Positions 37,809-47,818 of a DNA stretch of 64,000 nucleotides are shown here, one piece after another. Source of the stretch: Alphaproteobacteria bacterium (GTDB lineage Bacteria > Pseudomonadota > Alphaproteobacteria > UBA6615). A program made the position numbers and the translations under genes. A model generated the notes under the pieces. It ran no database searches. It worked only from the letters and a program-made list of their open reading frames with translations, and had not been told where the DNA came from. Within the stretch, counting starts at the first letter, position 1. Every line of letters starts with the position of its first letter. The stretch covers positions 128,652 through 192,651 of the forward strand of contig SHWB01000001.1 in assembly GCA_009691025.1 (NCBI GenBank), in the 5' to 3' direction.

Positions 37809-39767
37809 ATGGACAACGAAGCGCCGCGCGGCCGCCTGCCGCAGACCACACCCGAGCGCAAGGGGCGCCCCGCGCCACGGACGCTCGGCCCCGTTCCCGA
37901 TCTCGAGCGGCATCTGCCGGCCGAGTGGTGGCGCACCCTCTTCAATGCCGTATACCTCAAGACCGACGGCGACGTTGTCGAGAATGGCGACAATACCGAG
38001 GCCGAGATCGACCTGCTGGTGAAGGCCGCCGGGCTGGAGCCCAATGACCGCGTGCTCGATTTGTGCTGCGGCCAGGGCCGGCACGCCATGGCGCTGGCGC
38101 GGCGCGGCTTCCGCAGCGTCACCGGCATTGACCGCTCGCGCTACCTCGTGCGCCTTGCCCGCCGGCGCGCGCGCGAGCTGGGCCTAACCATCGATTTCCA
38201 CGAAGGCGATGCCCGCCGCTTCCGCGTGGCGCAAGGCGGTTTCCACTGCGTCACGCTGATGGGCAATTCCTTCGGCTATTTCGAAAGCGAGAACGACGAC
38301 CTGGCGGTGCTGCAGCAGGTGCGTCGCGCGCTGGCGGCCAACGGCACCATCGCCATGGACATCGCCGACGGCGACTGGATGCGCGGCCATTTTGAGAAGC
38401 GCTCCTGGGAATGGATCGACGAGAACCACTTCGTCTGCCGAGAGCGTGAATTGTCTGCCGACCGCCAGCGCCTGATCACCCGGGAGGTCGTGGTTCATGC
38501 CGAGAAGGGCGTCATCGTCGACCAGTTCTACGCCGAGCGCCTCTACACGCGCGAAAAGCTCACCGAACTGCTGACCGAGGCCGGCTTCCAGAATGTGCGC
38601 GTCCACGGCGACGTCTCCGCCCGCTCGTCGCGCGAGCAGGACCTCGGCATGATGGCGCATCGCTTCTTCGTGACGGCCTCCTCGCCGCGACTGGCAGCGG
38701 TGCAGCCGGCGGCGCGCGCGCCGTTCCGCAACGTCGCCGTGCTGCTCGGCGATCCGCGCCTGCCAGACCAGGTAAAGCTCGACGGGCAGTTCAACGAACT
38801 CGACCTCGACACCGTGCAGAAACTCAAGGACGCGCTCGCCGAGCTACCCGGCTTCCGCTTCGAGTTCCTCGACAATCACGGCGCCCTGCTGACGCATCTG
38901 AAGAACCAGCGGCCGGAGTTCGTCCTCAACCTGTGCGACGAGGGCTTCAACAACGACGCCCAGATGGAGCTGCACGTCGCCGCCTATCTGGAAATGCTTG
39001 GCGTGCCCTATTCCGGCGCCGGACCGGCGACGCTGGGCCTCTGCTACAACAAGTCGCTGGTGCGCGCGATAGCCCACGACCTCGACGTACCGGTGCCGCT
39101 GGAGACCTATGCCGACCCGGACGACATGGGCGCCTCTGTGCCGTCGGTCTATCCGGCACTGATCAAGCCGGCGCTGGGCGACAGCTCGCTCGGCATCACC
39201 AAGCACGCCGTCGTCAACAACGCTTCCGAAGCGGCCGACTACCTGAAGCAGCTGCGCGAGCTGTTTCCTGGCCGCCCGGTACTGATCCAGGAATTCCTGT
39301 CGGGTGCCGAATACACGGTTGGCCTGATCGGCAATCCCGGGCAGGGGCTGACGCCGCTGCCGATACTCGAGGTCGATTACCGCAGCCTGCCCGACGGCCT
39401 GCCGCATATCCTGTCCTACGAATCCAAATGGGATCCGCACTCGCCGTACTGGGACCGCATCACCTACCGCGAGGCGCGCCTCGACGAGGATGTGCGCCGC
39501 GCGCTCGTCGACGCCGCGGTGCGCCTGTTCGAGCGGCTGGACTGCCGCGACTATGCGCGTTTCGACTTCCGCGCCGACGCCAACGGTACGGTCAAGCTGC
39601 TGGAAGTGAACCCGAACCCGGGCTGGTGCTGGGACGGCAAGATGAACCTGATGGCCGGCCTCGGCCGTCTGCGCTACTCCGAAATGCTGCGCCAGATCAT
39701 CGAGGCGGCGCAGTCGCGCTGCATCCAGGCCGCGCAGCCGGCGGTAGGGCGGCAGGCGGCGGAGTAG
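37809..39767 (+). CDS. fusion protein: N-terminal class I SAM-dependent methyltransferase + C-terminal D-Ala-D-Ala-ligase-like ATP-grasp domain
   Basis: ATG 37809 follows GGGAG. The MTase has motif I VLDLCCGQGRHA and post-I VTGIDRS. The ATP-grasp half has PALIKPALGDSSLGI, IQEFLSGAEYTVGLIG and FDFRADANGTVKLLEVNPNPG. 652 aa. Confidence 0.8.
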   Translation: MDNEAPRGRLPQTTPERKGRPAPRTLGPVPDLERHLPAEWWRTLFNAVYLKTDGDVVENGDNTEAEIDLLVKAAGLEPNDRVLDLCCGQGRHAMALARRGFRSVTGIDRSRYLVRLARRRARELGLTIDFHEGDARRFRVAQGGFHCVTLMGNSFGYFESENDDLAVLQQVRRALAANGTIAMDIADGDWMRGHFEKRSWEWIDENHFVCRERELSADRQRLITREVVVHAEKGVIVDQFYAERLYTREKLTELLTEAGFQNVRVHGDVSARSSREQDLGMMAHRFFVTASSPRLAAVQPAARAPFRNVAVLLGDPRLPDQVKLDGQFNELDLDTVQKLKDALAELPGFRFEFLDNHGALLTHLKNQRPEFVLNLCDEGFNNDAQMELHVAAYLEMLGVPYSGAGPATLGLCYNKSLVRAIAHDLDVPVPLETYADPDDMGASVPSVYPALIKPALGDSSLGITKHAVVNNASEAADYLKQLRELFPGRPVLIQEFLSGAEYTVGLIGNPGQGLTPLPILEVDYRSLPDGLPHILSYESKWDPHSPYWDRITYREARLDEDVRRALVDAAVRLFERLDCRDYARFDFRADANGTVKLLEVNPNPGWCWDGKMNLMAGLGRLRYSEMLRQIIEAAQSRCIQAAQPAVGRQAAE

Positions 39768-39797
39768 CGATCCACCGCACGAAGGCCCGAAACCGCC

Positions 39798-40607
39798 ATG
39801 TCCCGCCCCGGCAAGTCCAGACGCGACAGTGTCGAGGCTGCGGCGCCGGTCGACAAGAAGCGCTACCGGGAGGATCTGCGTGCGCTGCAGATCGAGCTGG
39901 CGCGCCTCCAGCGGCACGTCATCGCCGAGGGCGGGCGCGTGCTGGTGGTGCTGGAAGGGCGCGATGCGGCCGGCAAGGACGGTGCGATCAAGCGCATCGT
40001 CCAGCACCTGTCGCCGCGCGACACGCGCGTGGTCGCGCCCGGCAAGCCGTCTGACCGCGAGCGCAGCGAGTGGTACTTCCAGCGCTTCGTCGAGCATCTG
40101 CCGGCGGCCGAGGAAATCGTGCTGTTCAACAGGAGTTGGTACAACCGCGCCGGCGTCGAGCGCGTCATGGGTTTCTGCACCTCGATCGAACTCGACGCCT
40201 TCATGGATGCGGTCGGGCCGTTCGAATCGCTGCTGGTGCGCGATGGCATCCGGTTGTTCAAATACTACCTCGACATCGACCGCGACGAGCAGCGCCGTCG
40301 CTTGGCCAGTCGCCTCAAGGACCCGCTGAAACAGTGGAAGAACAGCCCGGTCGACGCCGTCGCGCTGAAGCACCGGAAAGCCTACAGCGCGGCGCGCAAC
40401 GCCATGCTCGCGCGCACCCACCATCCCGCCGCGCCGTGGCATGTCGTTCACTCCAACGACAAGCGGGCGGCCCGTCTCAACCTGATCCGCGACCTGCTGA
40501 TGCGCCTGCCATATGACGGGCGGCGCGAGGCGCTGGCCCTGCCCGTTCCGGCGGTGGTGTTACCCTACGATTCGCTGGCGGTCGAGAACGGCGCGCTGGC
40601 ACCGTGA
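39798..40607 (+). CDS. ppk2: polyphosphate kinase 2 (single-domain PPK2)
   Basis: 269-aa ORF, 30 nt after the previous stop. It has Walker A LEGRDAAGKDG and the lid/Walker B region LFNRSWYNRAGVERV. Confidence 0.88.
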   Translation: MSRPGKSRRDSVEAAAPVDKKRYREDLRALQIELARLQRHVIAEGGRVLVVLEGRDAAGKDGAIKRIVQHLSPRDTRVVAPGKPSDRERSEWYFQRFVEHLPAAEEIVLFNRSWYNRAGVERVMGFCTSIELDAFMDAVGPFESLLVRDGIRLFKYYLDIDRDEQRRRLASRLKDPLKQWKNSPVDAVALKHRKAYSAARNAMLARTHHPAAPWHVVHSNDKRAARLNLIRDLLMRLPYDGRREALALPVPAVVLPYDSLAVENGALAP

Positions 40608-40814
40608 TGCCGGCGAGGTCGGTGGCGAAATTCGATCGGATATGAAAGTGTCATGCGTGTGGCGCATGGCTGCGGCGTCGATCCGGAGGCTGTTGTTGCA
40701 CTGCAACCTAAGCGATAGAGCGAGCGGATATGCGCTGGCCCCGGCGCCTTGCGAAAGCGCCCCTCAATGCCCCGCGACGATGCCCCGCCAGCCGGCCCGC
40801 CCGGTTTGCCACCC

Positions 40815-42038
40815 ATGAACGAGGACCCACTGGGGCGCGCGCGCCGCCGCGCCACCGAACGGCTTTGGCTGTTCGTGCTGATCATGGCGCTGGTCAACGC
40901 CGCCGGGCCGTTCTCCATGCAGATCGTCGGCCCGGCCCTCCCGGCAATCGCGTTGGCCTTCGCCGTGCCGGCGGAAGCGGCGCAGCTCGTGCTCAGCCTG
41001 TCGCTGGTCGCCATCGCGCTGTCGACGCTGCTGTGGGGACCGGCGGGCGACCGCTGGGGGCGGCGGCCGGTGATGATCGCCGGCCTCGCCATGTTCGCAC
41101 TGGGCAGCGTCGTCGGCGCGCTGGCGCCATCGCTCACCGTACTGGTGATCGGTCGCGTGCTGCAGGCGGCCGGCGCCGCCGCCGGCATGGTGATGTCGCG
41201 GGCCATGGTGCGCGACCTGTTCGGGCGCGAACGCTCGGCGCAGATCATCGCCTATGTCGTCACCACCCAGGTCGTGGCGCCGATGGTGGCGCCGGCCATC
41301 GGTGGCTTGATGACGGACTGGAGCGGCTGGCGCTCGATCTTCTGGTTCACCGCCGCCTTCGGCCTCGTGCTCGGCGCCATCGCTCTGCCGCAGGTGACCG
41401 AGACGCGCGTCGTGCGCGCCAACGAGCGCTCGCAGCCGATGTTTGCCGCTTTTGGCACGCTGATGCGCTCGCGCGACTTCCTCGCCTACGCGCTGCTGCT
41501 GGCCTCCGGCTTCGGCACCTTCATGGCCTTCCTCGGCGCCGGCCCCTACGTGATGACCCAGGCCCTCGGCGTCGACGCGACGGAAATGGGGCTGTGGTTC
41601 ATGTTGCCCTCGGTCGGCTTCATGATCGGCACGTCGCTGACATCGCGCCTGACGCCGCGCCTCGGCGTCGACCGCATGATGCGCGTCGGCGCGGTGGTCG
41701 CCTTCGCCTCGTCGCTGATCGGCATCGCGGTCATAGCCGCCGGCTACTGGACGCCGCTCGGCCTCTTCGCGCCGTCGACGGCGGTGGCGGTGGGGCTGGG
41801 CCTCGTCATGCCGAATGCGCAGGCCGCCGTCGTCAGCGTCAACCCGCAGGTCGCCGGCTCGGCGGCCGGCCTCACCTCCTTCCTGCAGATGGGCTCGGGC
41901 GCCGTCTTCAGTCAGATCGGCGGCACGATCGGCCACGCCACGCCCTGGCCGATGGTCCTGCTGGTGGCGGCCGCCTCGGGCCTCGGCCTGCTAGCGATCG
42001 TCGTGGTACCGCGCCTCGGCCGGCGCCGGACCGCCTGA
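40815..42038 (+). CDS. MFS transporter, Bcr/CflA-type drug resistance family
   Basis: Start at MNEDPLGR (40815). It has 12 predicted hydrophobic helices and the MFS motif A-like GPAGDRWGRRPVM. 407 aa. Confidence 0.85.
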   Translation: MNEDPLGRARRRATERLWLFVLIMALVNAAGPFSMQIVGPALPAIALAFAVPAEAAQLVLSLSLVAIALSTLLWGPAGDRWGRRPVMIAGLAMFALGSVVGALAPSLTVLVIGRVLQAAGAAAGMVMSRAMVRDLFGRERSAQIIAYVVTTQVVAPMVAPAIGGLMTDWSGWRSIFWFTAAFGLVLGAIALPQVTETRVVRANERSQPMFAAFGTLMRSRDFLAYALLLASGFGTFMAFLGAGPYVMTQALGVDATEMGLWFMLPSVGFMIGTSLTSRLTPRLGVDRMMRVGAVVAFASSLIGIAVIAAGYWTPLGLFAPSTAVAVGLGLVMPNAQAAVVSVNPQVAGSAAGLTSFLQMGSGAVFSQIGGTIGHATPWPMVLLVAAASGLGLLAIVVVPRLGRRRTA

Positions 42039-42099
42039 TCAGGTGTCGTTACGATAACGGACTTGCACCGGCGGCGAGGGTCGCCGAGGCTGGTGGCGG

Positions 42100-42792
42100 A
42101 TGTCGCTAGCACGCCACGAACGCGGTGCTGCCGCCCCGAAGGCGCACGCCGACTTTTCCCACTACACCGACGGCGAGCGCCGGGCGGACGCGCTGGTGCA
42201 TGCGGCCGGCGTCTCGGCCGGCCTCGCGGCCGCCTGCGTGCTGGGCCTTGCCGTCCTGCCCAGCCTCGCGGCCGTGCCGGCCGCCAGCGTCGCCCTCTAC
42301 GCCGCAAGCCTGATCGCCGTCTTCGCCGCGTCGGCCGCGTACAACCTCGTCGGCCATGCGCGATGGAAGGCGGCACTACGCCGGCTAGACCACGCCTCGA
42401 TCTTCATCCTCATCGCCGGCACCTATACGCCGTTCGGCACGCGCGCCATCGGCCGCGACGCGGACAGCTACATCCTGCTGGCGATCGTATGGGTGCTGGC
42501 GCTGATCGGCGTCGCACTCAAGCTCGGCCTGACGCGTCGGTTCGATCGGACGGCCCTCGTGCTCTATTTGCTGCAGGGCTGGGCGGTGGTGGCGGCGCCG
42601 GGCGCGCTGCTCGCGGCGCTGCCGGTTCCCGCCCTCGTGCTGCTCGTGGCGGGCGGAGTGCTTTACACGGCCGGAGTGGAGTTCCATCTGTGGCGCCGCC
42701 TGCCGTACCACAACGCCATCTGGCATGCGTTCGTGCTCGCCGCTGCCGCCTGTCATTTCGCCGCGGTGATGGCGACCTTCGCGCCGGCCTGA
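42100..42792 (+). CDS. hemolysin III / PAQR family channel protein
   Basis: 230 aa with seven hydrophobic helices and the family motifs DHASIFILIAGTYTPF and HAFVLAAAACHF. Confidence 0.85.
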   Translation: MSLARHERGAAAPKAHADFSHYTDGERRADALVHAAGVSAGLAAACVLGLAVLPSLAAVPAASVALYAASLIAVFAASAAYNLVGHARWKAALRRLDHASIFILIAGTYTPFGTRAIGRDADSYILLAIVWVLALIGVALKLGLTRRFDRTALVLYLLQGWAVVAAPGALLAALPVPALVLLVAGGVLYTAGVEFHLWRRLPYHNAIWHAFVLAAAACHFAAVMATFAPA

Positions 42793-42795
42793 CCG

Positions 42796-43212
42796 TCACT
42801 GCGCATCGTGGAATATGATGCCTAGGGTAGTGCGCGCGCCATCGAGCAGACGGCTGAAGCCGTGCCGCAGCGATGCCCGGTAGACGCCGCGGGTGCCCTG
42901 TACCGGCCGGTAGCGCACGGCCAAGACGACGCCGTCGCCGCGCGCCAGCGGCACAAACTCGGCGCGCGACTGGCGCCGCGGCCGCTGTTCGACCAGCACG
43001 AACGCGCCGCCGCTGGAATCGTGGCCGGGCGCCGCCAGCAGCAAAGTCTCCTGCAGCGGTAAGGCGTGCTCGCCGTACAGGTCCTGATGCAGGCAATTGT
43101 AGTCGCCGGCGCCGTAGCGCAGCAGCAGCGGCGTCGGTCGCGTCTGCCCTGACGCATGGCAGAGGGCGCGGTACGAAGAGTGATCCGATGGATAACGGCG
43201 TGCCTCGCCCAA
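42796..43212 (-). pseudogene. 2OG-Fe(II) oxygenase, C-terminal fragment only (about 85 N-terminal aa missing)
   Basis: The ORF has only a TTG start. The translation begins mid-domain (RYPSDHSSYRALCHASGQTRPTPLLLRYGAGDYNCLHQDLYGE...RHGFSRL...TLGIIFHDAQ). The upstream sequence is a ggt fragment in another frame. Confidence 0.7.
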
Positions 43213-43991
43213 CCGACTGCCGCCACGACCGTTGCGGCGACCGGGCCACCATAGAAGGGGGCGGGGCCGTGTGCCGCGAGCCGCGCGAAGGTATCGGCCG
43301 GCGCCGGGATCGCCAGCCTCTCTCCTGCTGCCAGAGCCACGCCTCCGGGAAACCAGATCGCCTCGCTGTCCTTCCGCCCGCGCAGGCGCGCCGCGGCTCC
43401 ACCGGCGAGTTGCCCGGCGAGCCGGGGCGAGACGGGAAAGCCGTCGTGGGCCAGCGCCTCGGCGCGGGCGAACAGCGTGGCCAAGGGCAGGCGGCCATGG
43501 CGCGACTGCGCGGCGCCGAGCAGGCGCAGCACGCCGGGGACGCCGACGGCGCGTCCGCTCGCCGCCGCCGTGGCGAAATCGAGCGGCTTGCCATCGGTGG
43601 CAAGGAACAGGTTGGGTACGGCCGCCGATGGCGCGGCTTCGCGGCCATCCCAGGCCGTCACACGGCGGCCGGCAGCCTAGAAATGCAGCAGGAAGGCGCC
43701 GCCGCCGATGCCGGAGCTTTGCGGTTCCACCAGCGTCAGGACCGCCTGCACCGCGACGGCGGCGTCGATGGCGCTGCCGCCGGCGCGCAAGACGTCGAGC
43801 CAGGCCGATGCGGCCAGCGGGTACGCCGCCACAACCATTTGATGGCGGGCGCGGACCGGTCCGTCGCCCGCTGCTGCCGGCAGGGTGAGGACGACGACGG
43901 CGGCGAACGTCGCGAGGCTGTGGAACGGCTGTGGCATCGGCATGGGCATCGGACCCCCAACGGGTCTGGCCAGCCTCGCATGCGGGTGCAT
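43213..43991 (-). pseudogene. ggt: gamma-glutamyltransferase, N-terminal ~255 codons, with an in-frame TAG and 3' truncation
   Basis: Signal peptide followed by MVVAAYPLAASAWLDVLRAGGSAIDAAV...EPQSSGIGGGAFLLHF. Then TAG (43679-43677), then the same frame continues with VTAWDGREAAP...VGVPGVLRLL...FYGGPVAATVVAAV. Homology ends near 43215. The catalytic Thr and the small subunit are absent. Confidence 0.8.
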
Positions 43992-44118
43992 TCCCTCAAA
44001 ATGGGCGCGGCGGCATGGGCATTTGATCTCGCGGCGGGCATGCTCTAACTTCCGCGGCGCGCGGGTACCGGGGGAGAACCGCGCACCCGGCCGGTGGTCG
44101 AATTGAGAGGACGCACGG

Positions 44119-47100
44119 GTGCGCACGCTCCTGATCGCGCTTGCAGTCGTCGTGGCGGTACTCGTTGCGGCGGTGCTGCTGGCGCCGAACCTGATCGACG
44201 GCGAGGATCTGAAGCAAACGCTCGCCAGCGAGGTCGAGGCAGCGACCGGGCGCAAGCTCGCTATCGACGGCGAAGTCTCGGTCGAGCTGCTGCCGACGCC
44301 GGCCCTCGAGGCCGCCGGGGTCCGTCTGGCTAACGTAGACGGGGCAGCTGTACCCGACATGGTGAAGCTGCGCGCGCTTCGCGTCGAGGTGGCGCTGTGG
44401 CCGCTGCTGTCGTCGCATATAAAGGTGCGGCGGCTGATCCTGGTCGAGCCGGTGGTCGAGCTGGAGCAGCTCGCCGACGGGCGGGCCAACTGGAATTTCA
44501 CGCCGCAAGCGCGCGCCGCGATGCCGGCGCCGGCCGAAGGGGGCGGCGTCGACCGCGCGGCCGACAAGGGCAAGGGCTTCGCCACCCAGATCGACGACGT
44601 GCGTATCGCGCGCGGCGCGGTCGTCTGGCGCAAGGGCGCCAGCGTTCAGAGGGTCGAAGGCATCGAGGCGGTCGTCGCGGCAAGTTCCCTCGAAGGGCCG
44701 TTTCGATTCGACGGAAAGCTCGCCGTTGCCGGCATCCCCGTGGTCGCCAAGGTGACGGTCGGACAGTTGCGCAACGATCGGGACGCGCCGGTGTCGGCCA
44801 CCGTCGCCGCGGCGGGCACCACGGCGGAGTTGCAAGGGCTGCTGTCGGGCTGGCCCGTGGCGGCCAAGCTCGCCGGCCTCCTGTCCGTGCGCGCCGCCGA
44901 TCCGGCCGTCGTCGCGGCGGTTACCGGGGCAGGGGCCCTACCGCCGGCCATCGGCGCCACACCGCTGGAGATTGAGGCGCAGTTCGCGGCCGGCGCCGAG
45001 GCGGTGGCGATCAATGACATGTCCGTGCGCTTTGGCGCCGTCAGTGGCACCGGCGCGATCAATTTTGCGCTTGGCGAACGGCCGGCGGCCAATATCGTGC
45101 TCAGCCTCGCGCGCGTCGATCTCGACGCCATGCTGGCGCCCGGCCGGTCGCCGGCGGCGACGGCGGGCGGCGGGCCTGCCGCGCCGCTTCGCCAGGCGCC
45201 GGCGTCGACGCCCGCGGCCGGCAAGACGCGGGCGTCGATGCCGAAGGATTTCGACGCGACGGTCGAACTGAAGGTCGACGCCATCACCTGGCGCGGCGCG
45301 GTCATCCGCCAGACACAGATCGTGGCCTCGCTGGCGGCGGGCGAGATGACATTGTCGCAGGCGGTGGCCATGCTGCCCGGCAGTTCGGACGTTTCGGCCT
45401 TCGGCTTCGTGACGCTCGGCGCGGACGGGCCAGCCTTCGATGGCCATATCGAGGCCAATTCAGACAATCTGCGCGGCCTGCTCGGCTGGCTCGGCACGGA
45501 TGTCGGCGATGTGCCGGCCGAACGCTTGCGCAAATTCGCCCTTGCCTCGACCGTGAAGGCGACGCCGTCGGAGCTGACGCTGACCGATGTCGACGTGACC
45601 GTGGACACGTCGCGCATCCGCGGCGGTGTCGCCGTGGCGATGCGCGAACGTCCGGGATTCGGCATCGGTCTGTCCGTTGATCGGGTCAACCTCGACTCCT
45701 ACATGCCGGACGCGGCGGCCGCGCGGGCGCCCGGTGCTGCCGCGGGTGCCGTTGCCGCACCGGCCCCGGCGCGGGCTCCTGCGCCCGCCGGACCGCTGGC
45801 GATCCTCGACCGCTTCGATGCGATCGTGCAGATGAAGGCCGGCGCTCTCACCTGGCATGGTCAGCAATTCACCGGCCTGTCTATCGATGGCACGCTACAG
45901 GGCGGCGTGCTTGAACTGCGCAATGCGTCGGCGGTCGAAATTGCCGGTGCGAGCGTCAAGCTCGCCGGCACGCTGTCCGGCCTCGACACCGGCGCACCAA
46001 ATGCCGATGTGCGCCTCGCGGTGAAGGCGCCCGATCCGGATCTCCTGGCGCGCGCCCTCGGGACGACGATGCCCCTGCCGCTGGGCGCAGCCGGACTCGA
46101 CATCGCCCTGCGCGGCAGCCTCGCCGAGGGCGCCGATGTCGACGCGAAGCTGGTCGCGCGAGGGGCCGAGGCGACGGTGAAGGGCCGTGTCGGAAATCTG
46201 CTGACGGCGGCGCCGACGTTCGATCTCGCAACCTCGCTGTCGCACCCCGATGGCGGGCGCCTCCTCGGCGCGCTGACCGGCTCGGCCATTGCCGAAGGTG
46301 CCGGCGCCCTGAAATTCGACGGCACGGCGAAAGGGACGCTCGCCGCGCTCGACCTCGACACGACGCTCGGCCTCGGGGCGGCCAGCCTCGCCGTGGCCGG
46401 CCATCTCGAAGGGCTGGAGCGCGGTGCGCCCGCCGGCACGCTGCGCACGAAGCTCTACCATCCCTATTTCGTCACCGCCGTGCGGCTGGTGGTGCCCGGC
46501 TGGCGGCCGGCACGGGCGACGCCCGGCCCGCTGAAATTCGCCGCCAATGTGACGCTGGCGCCGAAGCGCGTCGATGTTGCCGCCATCGACGGCGAGTTCG
46601 GCCCGGTCAAGGTGACCGGACAGGCGGCGTGGGACATGACAGGGCCGCGCCCTAAGCTGGTGGCCGATCTGCAGGCGGGCGAGGTGGCGCTCGACTGGTT
46701 CCTCGCGCCCGTCGCGGTGGCGGTAGGCGCGGGTGGCGGTGGTGCCGCCGCGCAGAGCGAGCGCTGGCCGCGCCAGGCGATCGATTTCGGGAAAATGCGC
46801 GCGATCGACGCCGCGCTGACACTCACCGCGCCGGCGGCATCGCAGGGCGATCTGCGGATCGAGACGCCTAAGGCGGTGGCGACCCTGACCGACGGCGTAT
46901 TCGATCTGAGCGAACTGTCCGGCAAGGTCTATGGCGGCACGCTGGCCATGCGGGCGCGCGTCGACGCGAAGGCGGCGCCGGCAACGGTATCGGCCAATAT
47001 GCGCATCGTCGGCGCCAACGCCGCGGCGATGGCCGATGCCGGGCATGGCAGCGGCGCGGGCACGAGGGGAGGCTTGCTGGATCTGGTGTTCCCGGTCTCC

Positions 47101-47742
47101 TCCGTCACGCTCGCCTCCGGCACGCTGGGCGCCGATTTCAGCGTCGACAGCAAGGGGGCGAGCCCGTTCGAACTGATCTCCAACCTGTCGGGCAAGGCCG
47201 GCATGTCATTCACCGACGCCGTGGTCAGAGGCGTCGATGCCTGCCGCGTATCGAAGCAGCTAGACAACATCAAGGGCCTGCAGGGCTTCATCGATCTCGC
47301 GGGCTCGACGCGTGGCGGCCAGACGCGCATCGGCAATTTCACGACGTCCTTCGGCATCGCCCGCGGCGTAGCCGTGCTGCCGGAACAGACGATCAACGCC
47401 GAATGCTCTGCCGTTACCCTAAAGGGCACGGTCGACCTGCCACACTGGCTGGTCGACATGCAGACGCGCGCGCGCCTGACCGAGCACAAGGATTTCCCTG
47501 GCGTGCTGGTCGAGGAGAAAGGCGCGCTCGACCAGCCCAACATCCGCGTCGTCAACATCAATGAGATTCAGCAATACGTCGCCGGCAAGGGTGTGCAGTC
47601 GATCATCCGCAACCTAGCGCCCGGCCAGCAGCAGGCGCCGCAGCAGGGCGCCCCGCAGCAACCGGCCCCGCAACAGCAGCCGCAGCGCCCCGTCGACCGC
47701 TTCAACGAGGTCCTGCAGGATTTCCTGAAGAAACCGCGCTGA
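44119..47742 (+). CDS. AsmA-family outer-membrane biogenesis protein (large)
   Basis: GTG start after GAGAGGA. N-terminal TM helix ([20 protein letters not shown]) followed by the AsmA N-terminal pattern ([42 protein letters not shown]). 1207 aa with a Gln/Pro-rich tail. Confidence 0.8.
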   Translation: MRTLLIALAVVVAVLVAAVLLAPNLIDGEDLKQTLASEVEAATGRKLAIDGEVSVELLPTPALEAAGVRLANVDGAAVPDMVKLRALRVEVALWPLLSSHIKVRRLILVEPVVELEQLADGRANWNFTPQARAAMPAPAEGGGVDRAADKGKGFATQIDDVRIARGAVVWRKGASVQRVEGIEAVVAASSLEGPFRFDGKLAVAGIPVVAKVTVGQLRNDRDAPVSATVAAAGTTAELQGLLSGWPVAAKLAGLLSVRAADPAVVAAVTGAGALPPAIGATPLEIEAQFAAGAEAVAINDMSVRFGAVSGTGAINFALGERPAANIVLSLARVDLDAMLAPGRSPAATAGGGPAAPLRQAPASTPAAGKTRASMPKDFDATVELKVDAITWRGAVIRQTQIVASLAAGEMTLSQAVAMLPGSSDVSAFGFVTLGADGPAFDGHIEANSDNLRGLLGWLGTDVGDVPAERLRKFALASTVKATPSELTLTDVDVTVDTSRIRGGVAVAMRERPGFGIGLSVDRVNLDSYMPDAAAARAPGAAAGAVAAPAPARAPAPAGPLAILDRFDAIVQMKAGALTWHGQQFTGLSIDGTLQGGVLELRNASAVEIAGASVKLAGTLSGLDTGAPNADVRLAVKAPDPDLLARALGTTMPLPLGAAGLDIALRGSLAEGADVDAKLVARGAEATVKGRVGNLLTAAPTFDLATSLSHPDGGRLLGALTGSAIAEGAGALKFDGTAKGTLAALDLDTTLGLGAASLAVAGHLEGLERGAPAGTLRTKLYHPYFVTAVRLVVPGWRPARATPGPLKFAANVTLAPKRVDVAAIDGEFGPVKVTGQAAWDMTGPRPKLVADLQAGEVALDWFLAPVAVAVGAGGGGAAAQSERWPRQAIDFGKMRAIDAALTLTAPAASQGDLRIETPKAVATLTDGVFDLSELSGKVYGGTLAMRARVDAKAAPATVSANMRIVGANAAAMADAGHGSGAGTRGGLLDLVFPVSSVTLASGTLGADFSVDSKGASPFELISNLSGKAGMSFTDAVVRGVDACRVSKQLDNIKGLQGFIDLAGSTRGGQTRIGNFTTSFGIARGVAVLPEQTINAECSAVTLKGTVDLPHWLVDMQTRARLTEHKDFPGVLVEEKGALDQPNIRVVNINEIQQYVAGKGVQSIIRNLAPGQQQAPQQGAPQQPAPQQQPQRPVDRFNEVLQDFLKKPR

Positions 47743-47818
47743 TGCCGCCGCTGGGCCTCCGGGCGCCGGCGTGGCACAGTCGCCGCAACGATCAACCGCC
47801 CGGCAAGGGAGGATGCCC

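Noticed and set aside
40692-40709. The TTGC-N3-GCAA palindromes as FixK/FNR boxes or sigma-54 promoters
   Set aside because: FNR/FixK sites are TTGAT-N4-ATCAA (14 bp), so the spacing is wrong. No TGGCAC -24 element sits at the right distance from the TTGCA for a sigma-54 promoter.
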